Virus record (IMG/VR): IMGVR_UViG_3300037502_002391
Coordinates: 18,256-82,255 of that record
Reading direction: 5' to 3' (one strand)
From: a virus
Length of the DNA stretch: 64,000 nucleotides
Positions 7,621-18,210 of this stretch are shown here, in pieces (position 1 is the stretch's first letter; each line of letters starts with the position of its first letter). The translations under genes were made by a program, and so were the position numbers. Below the pieces are notes generated by a model that made no database searches, was not told the origin of the DNA, and saw nothing but the letters and a program-made list of their open reading frames with translations.

Positions 7621-9929
7621 ACTTTTGACACATTATTTTTCTTTTCAACAATTATTTTTGATTCACCCCAATTACTAATTAGGGGGTTATGCGAAATTAA
7701 CAATATTTTCTCAAAATAACTCTTTAATCTGATAAAAAATTCTCCCATCATATCCAGGCTTTCATTTGACACCTTTCCAAATACTTCATCAGCCACCCAT
7801 ATATTTGGTTTTGGCAATGAACATACTTTGCTTAAAACTGCTCTTAATGCCAATGAAGCAACTGTCTTTTCATAACCAGATCCTGTTGTCATTAGTTTCT
7901 CAACACCTGTGTTATTATCAATCATAACAAATTCAACTTCATTCTTATCATTTACCCTAACATCAAGGGTAAAATAACACACATCTAATAACAATCTTTG
8001 CAATTCAGAGTTTATGACTGGAAGCATAGTTTTCATAATCATTTTTGATATTCCATTTTTACCAAATAGTTCAAGATATATCTTGTATTTTTTCTCTTCA
8101 TCTTGTTCTTTATATATAGTATCAATAATGTTTATATTTTTATCTTTCTTATCTTTATAATTTGAAATTTTAATTTCAATGCTATTTATTTCTTTTGTTA
8201 ATTTATTTTTCTCATATAGCAATTCATCAATTTTACTATTTGCCTTTATGATTAAAGCATCTATCTGATTATTCTTTTTTATTTTCTCTTGAACTTCCAA
8301 ATAATTTTTCATCTTGGTTTCTAATTGGTTTAGTTTAAGCATATTGCCTTCCAAGGACAATTGATGTTTCTTAATAACCAATTTATTCTTTTCATAAGCA
8401 TCAAATTCTTTTTTTAATTTATTAAAATTATCATTCTTTGCTTCAAGTTCAATTAAATTATTTGAGATAGTGTTGTAATTATTCTTGTGTTCTTCCAGGG
8501 ATTCAATCTTAGCCTTTGTGAATTCTGCATCAATTAAATTAAGACCACAATGTTCGCATTGTACACCATTTCCATATGTCTGGATTAATTTTGTAATTTC
8601 ATCCACTTTGGATTTTGCCATTTGCTTTTCCAATTTGGTTTCCATTATATCATCCTTCAAATTATCATGCTCATCTTCTTCATAGAAAGTTGTTGGCTTC
8701 TCATTTGAAATGGAATTTATCAATTCATTTAGTTTGATATTATTAATATTCACAGCCTCAATGTCCTTCTCCAACGATTCTTTATTCACAATCAAAAGTT
8801 CTTTATCAATATCAGAATGTTTTGATGTGTACAATTCATTCTTATATTGATTTCCCTTTGCTAATCTTTCATCATAATCCTTAACTTCAATGGTTAATTT
8901 ATCAAGATTAATTTCCAATTCATTGATTTCTTCTTCCAATGATATATTCTCAGCTTTTAATTTCTCAACATTATAAACATTTGAGAACATTCGTTTTGAA
9001 AACTCTTGATAAACTTCTTTGCCAAAATCTTCTTTCTTCTTCAAGTGCTCCAAACCTAGGAAACGACCCAATAATTGACCCCTTGCTGTGGGTTTTGATT
9101 CCAATAAATCTTCAAGATTATTTCCAGTTGTTAAAATGGTGGCCAAGAAATCATCCATATTACCAATGGTATTCTTAATGAATATTTCTGTTTCCCTTCT
9201 TTGTTCACCCTTTAGATTCTGCAGTTCCCCATTCTTTAATTTCTTATCAAATGATAATTCTGTCTTCACCTTCCATTCACCACTCTTGCTCATCTTTCTC
9301 TCCATATTCCTAGATATAACATATTCCTCACCATCAATAAGGATGTATCCAGTAACAGAAACGTGATCCTTGCTTGTAAATTTGTTAAAAATATCCTCTG
9401 CCTTGTTACTCTTGGTTGTGGTGTTAAAGAATAGAAATAACAACAAATCAATTGTTAGAGTTGTCTTACCCCCAGTATTCTGTGGGGTTGATTCAACAAT
9501 GGTGATACCATTTAACTTATCAAAATCCAATTCTTGATTTTCACCAAATGAAAGAAAATTGCTAAAATTAATCTTTTTTATATACCACTTATTGAATTGA
9601 GTTGGTTCTTGGTTTTCTAAAACCAATTTATTCTCCACAACCTTATTTATTTCCATAATCTTATCATAAAAATCAGAATTGCCATTTGTGTCAAGCAAAT
9701 TCTTTATGAGTTTGTTCTGGTAATTAATATCCATTATGTTTGATGAAACATCAACAGATTGCAATACTTTATCCTCATATTTGACTTTTGTGATTACATT
9801 AACACTAGATGTTCCATACTTTTTTGCAAAGTATTGACGGACATCCTTAATTTTATCTTGTGTTATATTTTCAGGATAATCCTCCCAAATAACTCTTATG
9901 TTTGGATTTTTCCATAGTTGTTCTTCCAT
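7611..9929 (-). CDS. SbcC/Rad50/T4 gp46-like SMC ATPase, recombination nuclease subunit
   Basis: INFSNFLSFG, Walker A NTGGKTT, coiled coils with CEHC Zn hook, signature GSGYEK, Walker B WVADEVFG, LISHN. Confidence 0.93.
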   Translation of the reverse strand: MEEQLWKNPNIRVIWEDYPENITQDKIKDVRQYFAKKYGTSSVNVITKVKYEDKVLQSVDVSSNIMDINYQNKLIKNLLDTNGNSDFYDKIMEINKVVENKLVLENQEPTQFNKWYIKKINFSNFLSFGENQELDFDKLNGITIVESTPQNTGGKTTLTIDLLLFLFFNTTTKSNKAEDIFNKFTSKDHVSVTGYILIDGEEYVISRNMERKMSKSGEWKVKTELSFDKKLKNGELQNLKGEQRRETEIFIKNTIGNMDDFLATILTTGNNLEDLLESKPTARGQLLGRFLGLEHLKKKEDFGKEVYQEFSKRMFSNVYNVEKLKAENISLEEEINELEINLDKLTIEVKDYDERLAKGNQYKNELYTSKHSDIDKELLIVNKESLEKDIEAVNINNIKLNELINSISNEKPTTFYEEDEHDNLKDDIMETKLEKQMAKSKVDEITKLIQTYGNGVQCEHCGLNLIDAEFTKAKIESLEEHKNNYNTISNNLIELEAKNDNFNKLKKEFDAYEKNKLVIKKHQLSLEGNMLKLNQLETKMKNYLEVQEKIKKNNQIDALIIKANSKIDELLYEKNKLTKEINSIEIKISNYKDKKDKNINIIDTIYKEQDEEKKYKIYLELFGKNGISKMIMKTMLPVINSELQRLLLDVCYFTLDVRVNDKNEVEFVMIDNNTGVEKLMTTGSGYEKTVASLALRAVLSKVCSLPKPNIWVADEVFGKVSNESLDMMGEFFIRLKSYFEKILLISHNPLISNWGESKIIVEKKNNVSKVLI

Positions 9930-9931
9930 TT

Positions 9932-10270
9932 TTAATTTTGTTTATTTTCATATGATTCAATTATGGCATTTATTGCCCAAACAATTCCAGATGAGAAAAT
10001 CCCATCAAAAAACCAAGATATCTCAAAACACAAAGAAAGATAAGTATTTGTTGGGGAATATATGAATAACCCCAAGAAAAATCCACCCCAAGTGCTAAAA
10101 CACATTGGACAAGATATAATTCCATAAATGAATTTGAAAGCTGGGGATATAAGCAATATATCTTTCTTCCCAACATCATTTATAAAATTTCTAAATCCTG
10201 AAAAAATTGATCCATAAACCATTATATTCATAAGACCATAACTTAAAAAAGCCCAAATTAAAATATCCAT
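9932..10270 (-). CDS. small membrane protein (DUF1360-like, CPMC motif)
   Basis: Hydrophobic helices with SCPMCFSTW. Confidence 0.6.
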   Translation of the reverse strand: MDILIWAFLSYGLMNIMVYGSIFSGFRNFINDVGKKDILLISPAFKFIYGIISCPMCFSTWGGFFLGLFIYSPTNTYLSLCFEISWFFDGIFSSGIVWAINAIIESYENKQN

Positions 10271-10271
10271 A

Positions 10272-10862
10272 TTATCTAATTTTTATATTTGATGTTCTAT
10301 GAAACCTAGTAGGTTGTGCTGTCATTTCAGCAAATAATCTACGATAGTCTTCTATAATCTTATTCTTATTTCTCAAATCTTCACTTACCAAATTTAATGT
10401 CATTTTTACATCACTAAGTTCATTTTCCAATTCTGTATTATCCCCAGGCACTTCTTTAATAACAAAAACTTCTTTTACTATTGGAACTTCCTTAATAACC
10501 TCAACCTCTTTTATTTCAACCCTAACTTCCCCAGTTTGAACCTCTTTAATAATTTCCTTGTATATGGGAACTTCTTTAGTGACCTCAACAATTTTCTCAA
10601 CAACTCTATCAACTGGAACTTCTACAATCTTTTCCACAATTCTATCAACTGGAACTTCCACAATTTTCTCTACCTCCTTAATAACCTCAACTGTGCTAGT
10701 TCTTAAATTACTATCATCACCCAACATTCCATATTTCTCAACATAGAACCCTGATTTTAAACATTTTGATGTAAATTCATCAATGTTGGAAATATTGTTT
10801 TTCTCACAATATCTTATGATGTCAACAAAAAAAGCATCATCAGTAATTATTTGTGTTTTCAT
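10272..10862 (-). CDS. hypothetical protein with V/E/K/P-rich repeats (VEKIVEVPVDR)
   Basis: Repeats visible in translation, followed by a coiled coil. Confidence 0.7.
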   Translation of the reverse strand: MKTQIITDDAFFVDIIRYCEKNNISNIDEFTSKCLKSGFYVEKYGMLGDDSNLRTSTVEVIKEVEKIVEVPVDRIVEKIVEVPVDRVVEKIVEVTKEVPIYKEIIKEVQTGEVRVEIKEVEVIKEVPIVKEVFVIKEVPGDNTELENELSDVKMTLNLVSEDLRNKNKIIEDYRRLFAEMTAQPTRFHRTSNIKIR

Positions 10863-10867
10863 TTGTT

Positions 10868-11653
10868 TTATTTGTTTGTTAAATTTTCATTATTATTTTT
10901 AATATCATCATATGAATTTATCTTAAAACTCAAAAATGGAGTTGGATTTGGTAAATCAACAAATTCATAATTATTATCATTAATTGTATAAACACCATAA
11001 CCATGATTTGATATGCTCTCTCCAAAATTCTGTTGTATAAAACTACCAATCATTATTGCTAATTTATTATCTGGTATATCAAAAATGGCTCTCTTATGTA
11101 TATCACCACAAAAAACAACATCACAACCATTAAAAATATTTGAATCAAACCCATCCTCTATGGTATGACCAATATCTGTCTTTAAACCCTTAACTGCACC
11201 ATGAAATAAACCCACATTAACTATACCCTCACTCTTCTTTGGGATGTCTGGGGGGATGTTATGCTGCATTAGTGAATATACACACCAGTTAACATTTTCA
11301 TCAGCATACACCCCCCGCTCCTTCAAATAACTAATTTTTGGATTTTTTATTGAATCTACAATAGGTGTAATAGCATCTAATCTATCCATATTTGTTTCCA
11401 AGAAATCATGATTGCCAATTATAACAATGGTCTTACTAATCTTTGCACATTCCTCAAGAACCCAAACAACAAACTCAACAAGTTCTGGGGTCATCTGATT
11501 CTTGCTATGCACCAAATCTCCTGTGAAAACAATTCTATCCGGTTTTAGTTCAACCCACTGTGCAAATGCTTCAGATAATATTTCCCTAAACAAATCATGA
11601 TCCTTATACAATCGTATATGCAAATCAGAGAAATGAACAATTTTATTTATCAT
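10868..11653 (-). CDS. SbcD/Mre11/T4 gp47-like metallophosphoesterase nuclease
   Basis: SDLH, TGDLVH, GNHD, FHG, GDIH motifs; probable start MINKIVH at 11653; near SbcC. Confidence 0.9.
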   Translation of the reverse strand: MINKIVHFSDLHIRLYKDHDLFREILSEAFAQWVELKPDRIVFTGDLVHSKNQMTPELVEFVVWVLEECAKISKTIVIIGNHDFLETNMDRLDAITPIVDSIKNPKISYLKERGVYADENVNWCVYSLMQHNIPPDIPKKSEGIVNVGLFHGAVKGLKTDIGHTIEDGFDSNIFNGCDVVFCGDIHKRAIFDIPDNKLAIMIGSFIQQNFGESISNHGYGVYTINDNNYEFVDLPNPTPFLSFKINSYDDIKNNNENLTNK

Positions 11654-11701
11654 ATTATTTTTTTTATAAGTATAGATAAATAAAATCATTCTATCAATAC
11701 G

Positions 11702-12502
11702 TTACCACACTTTAATTCTGCTAAAATACCCAAATAAAGGATCATTATCTGATTTTTTGAATGTTGCAGTAGCAGTAATTTCCTCACCAAGTCCAATAAG
11801 ACTACCTACATTACCATAGGCCTTCCATTTGCCTTCAACATTCTCAATCAATAACTTATATTTAACTGAATGATTATAGGAGTCAACAATACCTTTGCAG
11901 GAAAGAACTTTAAATACACCCTTAAATCTACCTACAACAACCTCATTTGCAACTAATTCTAATTGTCTCCTTCTTTCTGCTAATACTTTAACAAATTCTA
12001 TCTGTTTTTCTGAAATTTTACCTGAACTATAGAACTTACTTGCAATCTCTCTAATTTTATTATCATTAACAGATAATGTCTCCTCCAAATTTTCATTAGC
12101 AGCCAATATATTGGCTATTTGAATTTGCTTCAACCTTCTCTTACGTTGAATCATTGTTTGTTTAGTAACACCTTCAACATCAAATGTATATTTCATAATG
12201 TTGTTGGTGCAGTCAAACCCAACATAAATCAAATTAGATGTTTCTTTATCCAAGAAGAATGAACCCCTCTTTATACTGTGATTACAGCAAGAACATTTGT
12301 TACCATTTGGATTAAAATTAGCCATCCATTCTTTTGGATTATCCACACCAATCTTGTCAAAATCAACCTCAAACTCTGTTTCAGTAACATAACCATCTAC
12401 AGCATCTGGCACTCTAAATGAAGTGTAATACCCCACGTAAGTGAAGTTTTCAGGCTTAATTCCTTGTCCTACATATTTGAATTGGTTGGTGGTGGTTGTC
12501 AT
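11702..12502 (-). CDS. hypothetical protein with Cys cluster (CSCC...C), probable early gene
   Basis: Probable start MTTTTNQ at 12502; KCSCCNHSIKRG...YVGFDC; has its own host-type promoter. Confidence 0.65.
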   Translation of the reverse strand: MTTTTNQFKYVGQGIKPENFTYVGYYTSFRVPDAVDGYVTETEFEVDFDKIGVDNPKEWMANFNPNGNKCSCCNHSIKRGSFFLDKETSNLIYVGFDCTNNIMKYTFDVEGVTKQTMIQRKRRLKQIQIANILAANENLEETLSVNDNKIREIASKFYSSGKISEKQIEFVKVLAERRRQLELVANEVVVGRFKGVFKVLSCKGIVDSYNHSVKYKLLIENVEGKWKAYGNVGSLIGLGEEITATATFKKSDNDPLFGYFSRIKVW

Positions 12503-12526
12503 ATTGTTTTTGTTTTTATTGGATTG

Positions 12527-12558
12527 CAAAGATAAGAACTATATTCTAATAAAACAAA
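12527..12558 (-). promoter_or_regulatory. Bacteroidota-type sigma-A promoter (-33 TTTG, -7 TATCTTTG)
   Basis: + strand caaagata at 12527-12534 and caaa at 12555-12558 (20-nt spacer), intergenic. Confidence 0.7.
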
Positions 12559-12579
12559 CTTCTGTGAAAATATTTCTAA

Positions 12580-13404
12580 CTATATTTCCAAATCAAAAAC
12601 AATATTAGTAAACTCCTTTGGCACACGGTATTCAACAAAACCCCCATCTTTCTTTAGGTGACAAACAATGCAACCATATAGTCTAATTGCCCCATATTTT
12701 GATTGTGAGAGCATTTTAAGTAACAACCTAGCATAGAGTGGCAACTGGATATAATAATGCTCCAGGGCTGTGCTATTGTATTTTTCAAAGGGTTCAAACA
12801 TCTTTTCTGTGAAGTCATTTGATTGGAAACTTTTATCCTTATTTGTTTTCCAGTCTGTGATAATAATACCAAAATCAGATTTATCTTTATTGGGTATTAA
12901 CCATACCTTATCTGGTTGGCCAACATACCCAAGTTCAGGATCCCCAAGAACCATTTCTGTATCAAGAAGAACTGCACCTCTTTCCTTCATAAGATTGATG
13001 TATTGAATCCCTGATTGAATCATTCTCTCTGAAACAATCTTCTGTGACATATCGCATTCAAAAATTGGTTCTCTAACATCTTTGTAATCACCATAAGATT
13101 CAATTAATTTTTTTTCCAAAAAATAATGAACTCTTGAACCCAAGTTTGCTGCATAATTTGCTGAATCACTCCATTCCTTTAAAAAAGCATTGGCTTTCTT
13201 CTCATCCCCCTTTGCTTTTCTATAAGCAATCTCTTCACCTGGAAATTCCTTATAATATTTTTTAATTATTTTTGAAACAGATGGATAATCACTTCTCCCA
13301 TTCATATGATATATATGATCCTCCTCAATAAAACTTAAATTTAATTCTTTCTGTCTTTCATTAATTATATTCCTAATATCTTTTGCAATTTCTTCCAAAT
13401 TCAT
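12580..13404 (-). CDS. PD-(D/E)XK superfamily exonuclease
   Basis: YPSVSKII, GSRVHYFLE, E..GQPD..ITDWKT, YIQLPLYA; probable start MNLEE at 13404. Confidence 0.85.
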   Translation of the reverse strand: MNLEEIAKDIRNIINERQKELNLSFIEEDHIYHMNGRSDYPSVSKIIKKYYKEFPGEEIAYRKAKGDEKKANAFLKEWSDSANYAANLGSRVHYFLEKKLIESYGDYKDVREPIFECDMSQKIVSERMIQSGIQYINLMKERGAVLLDTEMVLGDPELGYVGQPDKVWLIPNKDKSDFGIIITDWKTNKDKSFQSNDFTEKMFEPFEKYNSTALEHYYIQLPLYARLLLKMLSQSKYGAIRLYGCIVCHLKKDGGFVEYRVPKEFTNIVFDLEI

Positions 13405-13405
13405 T

Positions 13406-14314
13406 TCACTTAATTTTAACATAATATTTATCAATCTCCCCCTTCAACTCACAAACATCTTTATCATAAGGGAGTTTGACCATCTTAATTCTATCATATA
13501 GTTTTCCACCATTTAACTCATTATACAATTTTAAAGAATCTTTATAAGCATCACCATCTAAACAAATGATAATGTCTTTCTCTGCCTTATCATACAATAA
13601 ATTAAATAACTTAATGCTAAGATGCTTACCAAGTAGGGGAATTGGATTTGGTAAAAATATACTATCAAATACCCCTTCTGTCAAATATACATCCTGTGAC
13701 CAATCAATTAAATGTTCATTAAATATTATATCTTCTTTGGGGGCTGTTGCATTTTTATATTTAATCTTTCTCTTTACCCAACTTCTCCCCAAAAAATAAT
13801 TCAACTCCCCATCCTTATCATAAGATGGAATAATAATTCTATTGGCAAAATCCCCCTTTATAGTATAACCCATATTATATCTATGAATCATATCATCTGT
13901 AATCCCTCTACTCAAAAGATAATTATAAGCCTCATTTCTTGGAATATGCAACTTGTTTGAATCCTTAAATGCAATAAATCCTTCTGGCAATTTTAACTTT
14001 GGATAAAAAACATCATTAACCTTTAAATCATCAGGTTTAATAAGGTCATATAATTTCTTCTGTTTCTTTGTGCCAAAAACATCAAATAGTTTACCAAGGG
14101 GACCATGTGTTTTATCATTATCCTCACCACAACTCCAACAATGATATAAATGCTTGGTTAATGAAACCTCAAAATTACCCTTGTTTTGATCCTCATCACA
14201 CATTGGGCAATTATACAAATACTGGTGTTTTGATTCATATGATTTGATTGGCTTACCAATCACATCACTAATCAAGTCCAATATTACTTCAATCTCTTTA
14301 TTTTTATTCTCCAT
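13406..14314 (-). CDS. DNA primase (Zn-binding domain plus TOPRIM)
   Basis: CPMC...HCWSC, YLLSRGI, RIIIP, TEGVFD, LDGDA, KDV; probable start MENKN at 14314. Confidence 0.9.
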   Translation of the reverse strand: MENKNKEIEVILDLISDVIGKPIKSYESKHQYLYNCPMCDEDQNKGNFEVSLTKHLYHCWSCGEDNDKTHGPLGKLFDVFGTKKQKKLYDLIKPDDLKVNDVFYPKLKLPEGFIAFKDSNKLHIPRNEAYNYLLSRGITDDMIHRYNMGYTIKGDFANRIIIPSYDKDGELNYFLGRSWVKRKIKYKNATAPKEDIIFNEHLIDWSQDVYLTEGVFDSIFLPNPIPLLGKHLSIKLFNLLYDKAEKDIIICLDGDAYKDSLKLYNELNGGKLYDRIKMVKLPYDKDVCELKGEIDKYYVKIK

Positions 14315-14342
14315 TTTGCAATTATATATAATAAATTGCAAA

Positions 14343-14942
14343 TTACCAAATTTCTTTCATCTTCATATAACCAAGAACAGCAGTATAAGCATCTGTTTGG
14401 TCAAAATTTTCTTTTTTTAATTTTCCATTTTTTGTATAATGCCAAGAAATCTGTGGTTCTTTCTTTGAAACTAATTCCCATATTAGATTTTTCTTATCCA
14501 CATTCTTATCATACCCACCAAAAAGAACATCCTTGCCTTTCTCATTCTTATTTATTAATTCAGGATATGCAAATTTTCTTGAATTATATGTTGATATGAA
14601 TTCTGGAATAATATTTAGGACATCAAAAACCTCTTTACAAACCAAAGTATTAAATCTCATCAAAACACCAACTGTATTTACATTGTTAGATGTAAGTAAG
14701 GGTTCTTCAATAATAACTTTTGTTATCCCTATGTTTTTATATTCTTCAAGTTTTAATTTGAAAAGATTTGATTTTATGATTAATTCTTGTATTTTAGAAC
14801 CAATTTCAGATTTTGGGATTGGGGATAAATGTGTTAATTCCAACAAATGTTCTGAATTAATATCAAACAATGCAATCCCAATTGTTTTTGTTGAAACATC
14901 CAACCCCAAAACTTTGGGGGAATTAATATCTATTTTATTCAT
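14343..14942 (-). CDS. RuvC-like Holliday junction resolvase
   Basis: VLGLDVSTKTIG, VIIEEP, DQTDAY. Confidence 0.85.
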   Translation of the reverse strand: MNKIDINSPKVLGLDVSTKTIGIALFDINSEHLLELTHLSPIPKSEIGSKIQELIIKSNLFKLKLEEYKNIGITKVIIEEPLLTSNNVNTVGVLMRFNTLVCKEVFDVLNIIPEFISTYNSRKFAYPELINKNEKGKDVLFGGYDKNVDKKNLIWELVSKKEPQISWHYTKNGKLKKENFDQTDAYTAVLGYMKMKEIW

Positions 14943-14944
14943 AA

Positions 14945-17131
14945 TTAGAAATCCAAACTTATATTATATTGTTGTGTACCTTCTCTTAATTTAGGTTCAT
15001 TAACTTTAGATATAACCATAAGTTCTTTGTTTGAATTGTAAAGTCCAATTTCTGTTATATACTTAGATCCACTTGAATAGGTTGGGTTTGTGGACGTTTT
15101 AAATTGTGTATCAACCAAATTGATAGCATACCTCATATCATATATTGTTGCCACAATACCTGTTTGAATATTACCATAGAAGAAATATTCATCACCAAAG
15201 TTTAGTTTTGTTGGTTCATCTTGACCTGGCAAATCAATAAAATTATTTAAGTTGTATGTTGTTGCTCCAGTATAATTTGATTCAGTAATAACAAATGTTG
15301 TTTTTGTCAATGCTGAAGCTGGAATATAACCATTTATCTTTTTTGATTCAATTTGGCTTGTAAAATCAATAATTTTCCAATTATCTGGTGTTGGCAATGT
15401 GCCTGTGTTTGTCCTTTGTGTTACAATCTTAAATTGATTTGCTGAAAACCCAGATAAACTATTATCAACAAATAAGAATGGAAATTCATCACCAAACTTA
15501 ACTGCAACATTCTGTGCTGTGCTTGTACATCCTGAATTTGGTCCAATAATTTTTTGATAATAATTACAATGTAGTGAATTGGTATAACCTGTTGAATCCA
15601 AACGATATGACACCCATAAAGTTTGGCTATCACCTGTTAAAACACCAACATCATCAGAGACATCAGCATCAAATAAATTTGGTGTTATAAGACTAACTTC
15701 TGGTGCTGGTAATGTCCAATTTCTATTTGACTTATAGGATAATGCTGCAATGATTTCATCATCATCAATAACAACAATCTGGTTATCAGGAAATACTCTA
15801 CCAACTCTATTTACTTTTCCTTTGCTATTTATATTATCATCCCATAAATTGAAGAACCTAATCCCAGGTTGATTCATATCCTGGTTCTTTGTTGATTTTA
15901 TAAAATATGGAATACATATGCCTTCTTTGTTTGGTGGATCCACATAGAAAGTTTGACCAATTGTTCCACCTGATTTTTTATGCCACATCAATGTTGGAAT
16001 TCTTAATTTAAAATCCCTTGCATTGTATCCTGAAATATTTGGGTTACTTGCACTATATGGATTCATTGCAAACTTCTCTCCATATACATTATCTATAGAT
16101 TGATTTGTATAATGAATAATAGCAATTGCTTTTTGTTCTTTTGATGGAACAACAATTTTATTTAATCTTGAATCATAATAATAAACATAACCATCAACAT
16201 CATCTATTGTTTGCCCAGAAATAGAATAAAGATATTCCTTTGTTCCAAGATATGATTGTGATCCATATTTTGTATAATCCTCAAATGTTGTTGTTCCTGT
16301 GACTCCAGCCACAGTCTGTGACCAAGGTATATTCATATTCCATATTCTTGTATCTTGTGTTGCAGATGTGTCACATATGCTCTCATAATTAAAAACATCA
16401 TTTGACCAGTTTGGATTTGGTGTTACACTATCATATAATGCTGTCATCCCTGATGGATATATGATACACCTTGCCAACTCACTCCCACTTGTTTTTGCTG
16501 AATATACCGGAAGATTTCTATCCAACCCAATCGTATAACTTCCACTTGCTCCTGATGTGGATGATTCAATCTTATATATAAGATTGGGAAATGAATTTCT
16601 TATACTTCCACAATCACCAATCCCATCATATATAATAGAAACAAAATCACCAACTTTTGGTACTCCTGCTGTTGCTGAACAACTATTTGCAGACATCACC
16701 AAACTTGTCTGACCTGTGATTCCAGACATAATTGCAACATAATTTGATGAAACTGTATATGCTGAACTTGTTTGTGCTGACCATATTGTTGCTCCACTAA
16801 CAAATAAACCCTTATCTGCTGCCAAGTTATAAAATTCTTCAACAACAGATTCATTGAATGGAATTCCATAAGTTGTTCCACTTGTCCCTGCCAAATAATA
16901 TGGATACTTTATATTTTGTTTGTTTACATTTAAATTTGAACTATCATTGTGAGCACAAAATGCAGGCATTAATATATTATTTGATGCAATACTTAATCCT
17001 GAATAATCAATTTCTGAATCCCCAACTTGAAAATATGCTATATTGAACTGCCCCTTAGATATTGCCCTTCTACCAACATCAGTTATCCTTGTGTTCAATA
17101 TTCCTGATGTGTTCTTTATTATGTAACCCAT
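14945..17131 (-). CDS. virion structural protein (tail/baseplate, tail-collar-fibre-like termini)
   Basis: N-terminal ITDVGRRAI..FQVGD and C-terminal ITEIGLYNSNKELMVISK, typical of tail-collar/baseplate-attachment domains. Confidence 0.6.
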   Translation of the reverse strand: MGYIIKNTSGILNTRITDVGRRAISKGQFNIAYFQVGDSEIDYSGLSIASNNILMPAFCAHNDSSNLNVNKQNIKYPYYLAGTSGTTYGIPFNESVVEEFYNLAADKGLFVSGATIWSAQTSSAYTVSSNYVAIMSGITGQTSLVMSANSCSATAGVPKVGDFVSIIYDGIGDCGSIRNSFPNLIYKIESSTSGASGSYTIGLDRNLPVYSAKTSGSELARCIIYPSGMTALYDSVTPNPNWSNDVFNYESICDTSATQDTRIWNMNIPWSQTVAGVTGTTTFEDYTKYGSQSYLGTKEYLYSISGQTIDDVDGYVYYYDSRLNKIVVPSKEQKAIAIIHYTNQSIDNVYGEKFAMNPYSASNPNISGYNARDFKLRIPTLMWHKKSGGTIGQTFYVDPPNKEGICIPYFIKSTKNQDMNQPGIRFFNLWDDNINSKGKVNRVGRVFPDNQIVVIDDDEIIAALSYKSNRNWTLPAPEVSLITPNLFDADVSDDVGVLTGDSQTLWVSYRLDSTGYTNSLHCNYYQKIIGPNSGCTSTAQNVAVKFGDEFPFLFVDNSLSGFSANQFKIVTQRTNTGTLPTPDNWKIIDFTSQIESKKINGYIPASALTKTTFVITESNYTGATTYNLNNFIDLPGQDEPTKLNFGDEYFFYGNIQTGIVATIYDMRYAINLVDTQFKTSTNPTYSSGSKYITEIGLYNSNKELMVISKVNEPKLREGTQQYNISLDF

Positions 17132-17149
17132 TATTCTTTTTATATATAA

Positions 17150-18208
17150 TTATCTGATATGTGAATTTATTCCAGCATTGCTATCAGAATTATATATCAA
17201 TTCACAACATTTACATGTATTTATTGCTGCTGAAATAATTCTTATTAGATTTTTTTGCTCAATTTTAGTAGAACATCCATTTGAATTAGTTTGCAAATCA
17301 ATATTATTGATTATTGATGTTGTAACACCTGTCAATGTATCCCCACTGATTAGTGTTGTGTTATATGTCAAAGCAGTATATGAACCAATATTTAGACTTG
17401 GTGAACAATAAGGTCTTGATTCATTTTTTGTTGTAACACTAGTTGTTGTAGGTGTTAATCCTGAAGTATTTTTATATACTGATATTGTATTTAGTGTTGA
17501 TGCTGATCCAGGTTGTGATGTTATTGTCTGCAAATTTGCATTCAATCCAATTGTTAACACATCCCCTGTTTTAAGTGGGGGATCAATAGTCAAATTCCAG
17601 GTTGTTTGAATTGTATCATTGGATATATTTGTTTGTGATATATTCTCAAGATTTAAAGCATATTGGTTTACTGTGCCATCAAATTCAACTGAAAATATTT
17701 TTGATGTTGTTACAGATGTATTTGCTGATGCAATAATATTATAATCACCTCCACATAAATTGCTAAATATTGGATTTGGTGTATATGTAACTCCATTATT
17801 TATGGAATACAAATATGGCTTTGTTTGCCCCTTGGCATTGGCCACAATGATACCATCACAATTTGATGAGCAAGTATTGTTTGTTACGGTTGCATTCAAT
17901 ACAAGGGGTGTATATGCCCCACAAGTGCCTGATGTAACAATCACCTCATTCTTGGGGATTTTGCCAATCAATTTCCAGTTTGATATTGGAAAATCTGTTT
18001 CAGTTTGACTTCTTAATGCTGAATTTGTTGTTCCTGTCCAATTTGTAATTTCCCAATATGTATTCCCTGAATTCCATTGCATATTCATTGCATTAGCAGA
18101 ATTCACCCAATATGGTTTTCCATTTGTTGTACCACTATGAACAAAGTTATAAGGCCCCAATTCATCATTTTCAAAAAAAATACTCAAACATAAATCACTA
18201 ACTGCCAT
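17150..18208 (-). CDS. structural protein with SprB-like repeat
   Basis: VTNNTCSSNCDGIIVANAKG..PYLYSIN..FSNLCGGDYNI; S/T/N-rich. Confidence 0.6.
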   Translation of the reverse strand: MAVSDLCLSIFFENDELGPYNFVHSGTTNGKPYWVNSANAMNMQWNSGNTYWEITNWTGTTNSALRSQTETDFPISNWKLIGKIPKNEVIVTSGTCGAYTPLVLNATVTNNTCSSNCDGIIVANAKGQTKPYLYSINNGVTYTPNPIFSNLCGGDYNIIASANTSVTTSKIFSVEFDGTVNQYALNLENISQTNISNDTIQTTWNLTIDPPLKTGDVLTIGLNANLQTITSQPGSASTLNTISVYKNTSGLTPTTTSVTTKNESRPYCSPSLNIGSYTALTYNTTLISGDTLTGVTTSIINNIDLQTNSNGCSTKIEQKNLIRIISAAINTCKCCELIYNSDSNAGINSHIR

Positions 18209-18210
18209 AA

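Noticed and set aside
12580-13404. Cas4 / CRISPR adaptation gene
   Set aside because: Lacks the four-Cys Fe-S motif, no cas genes or array nearby, and context is replication/recombination.
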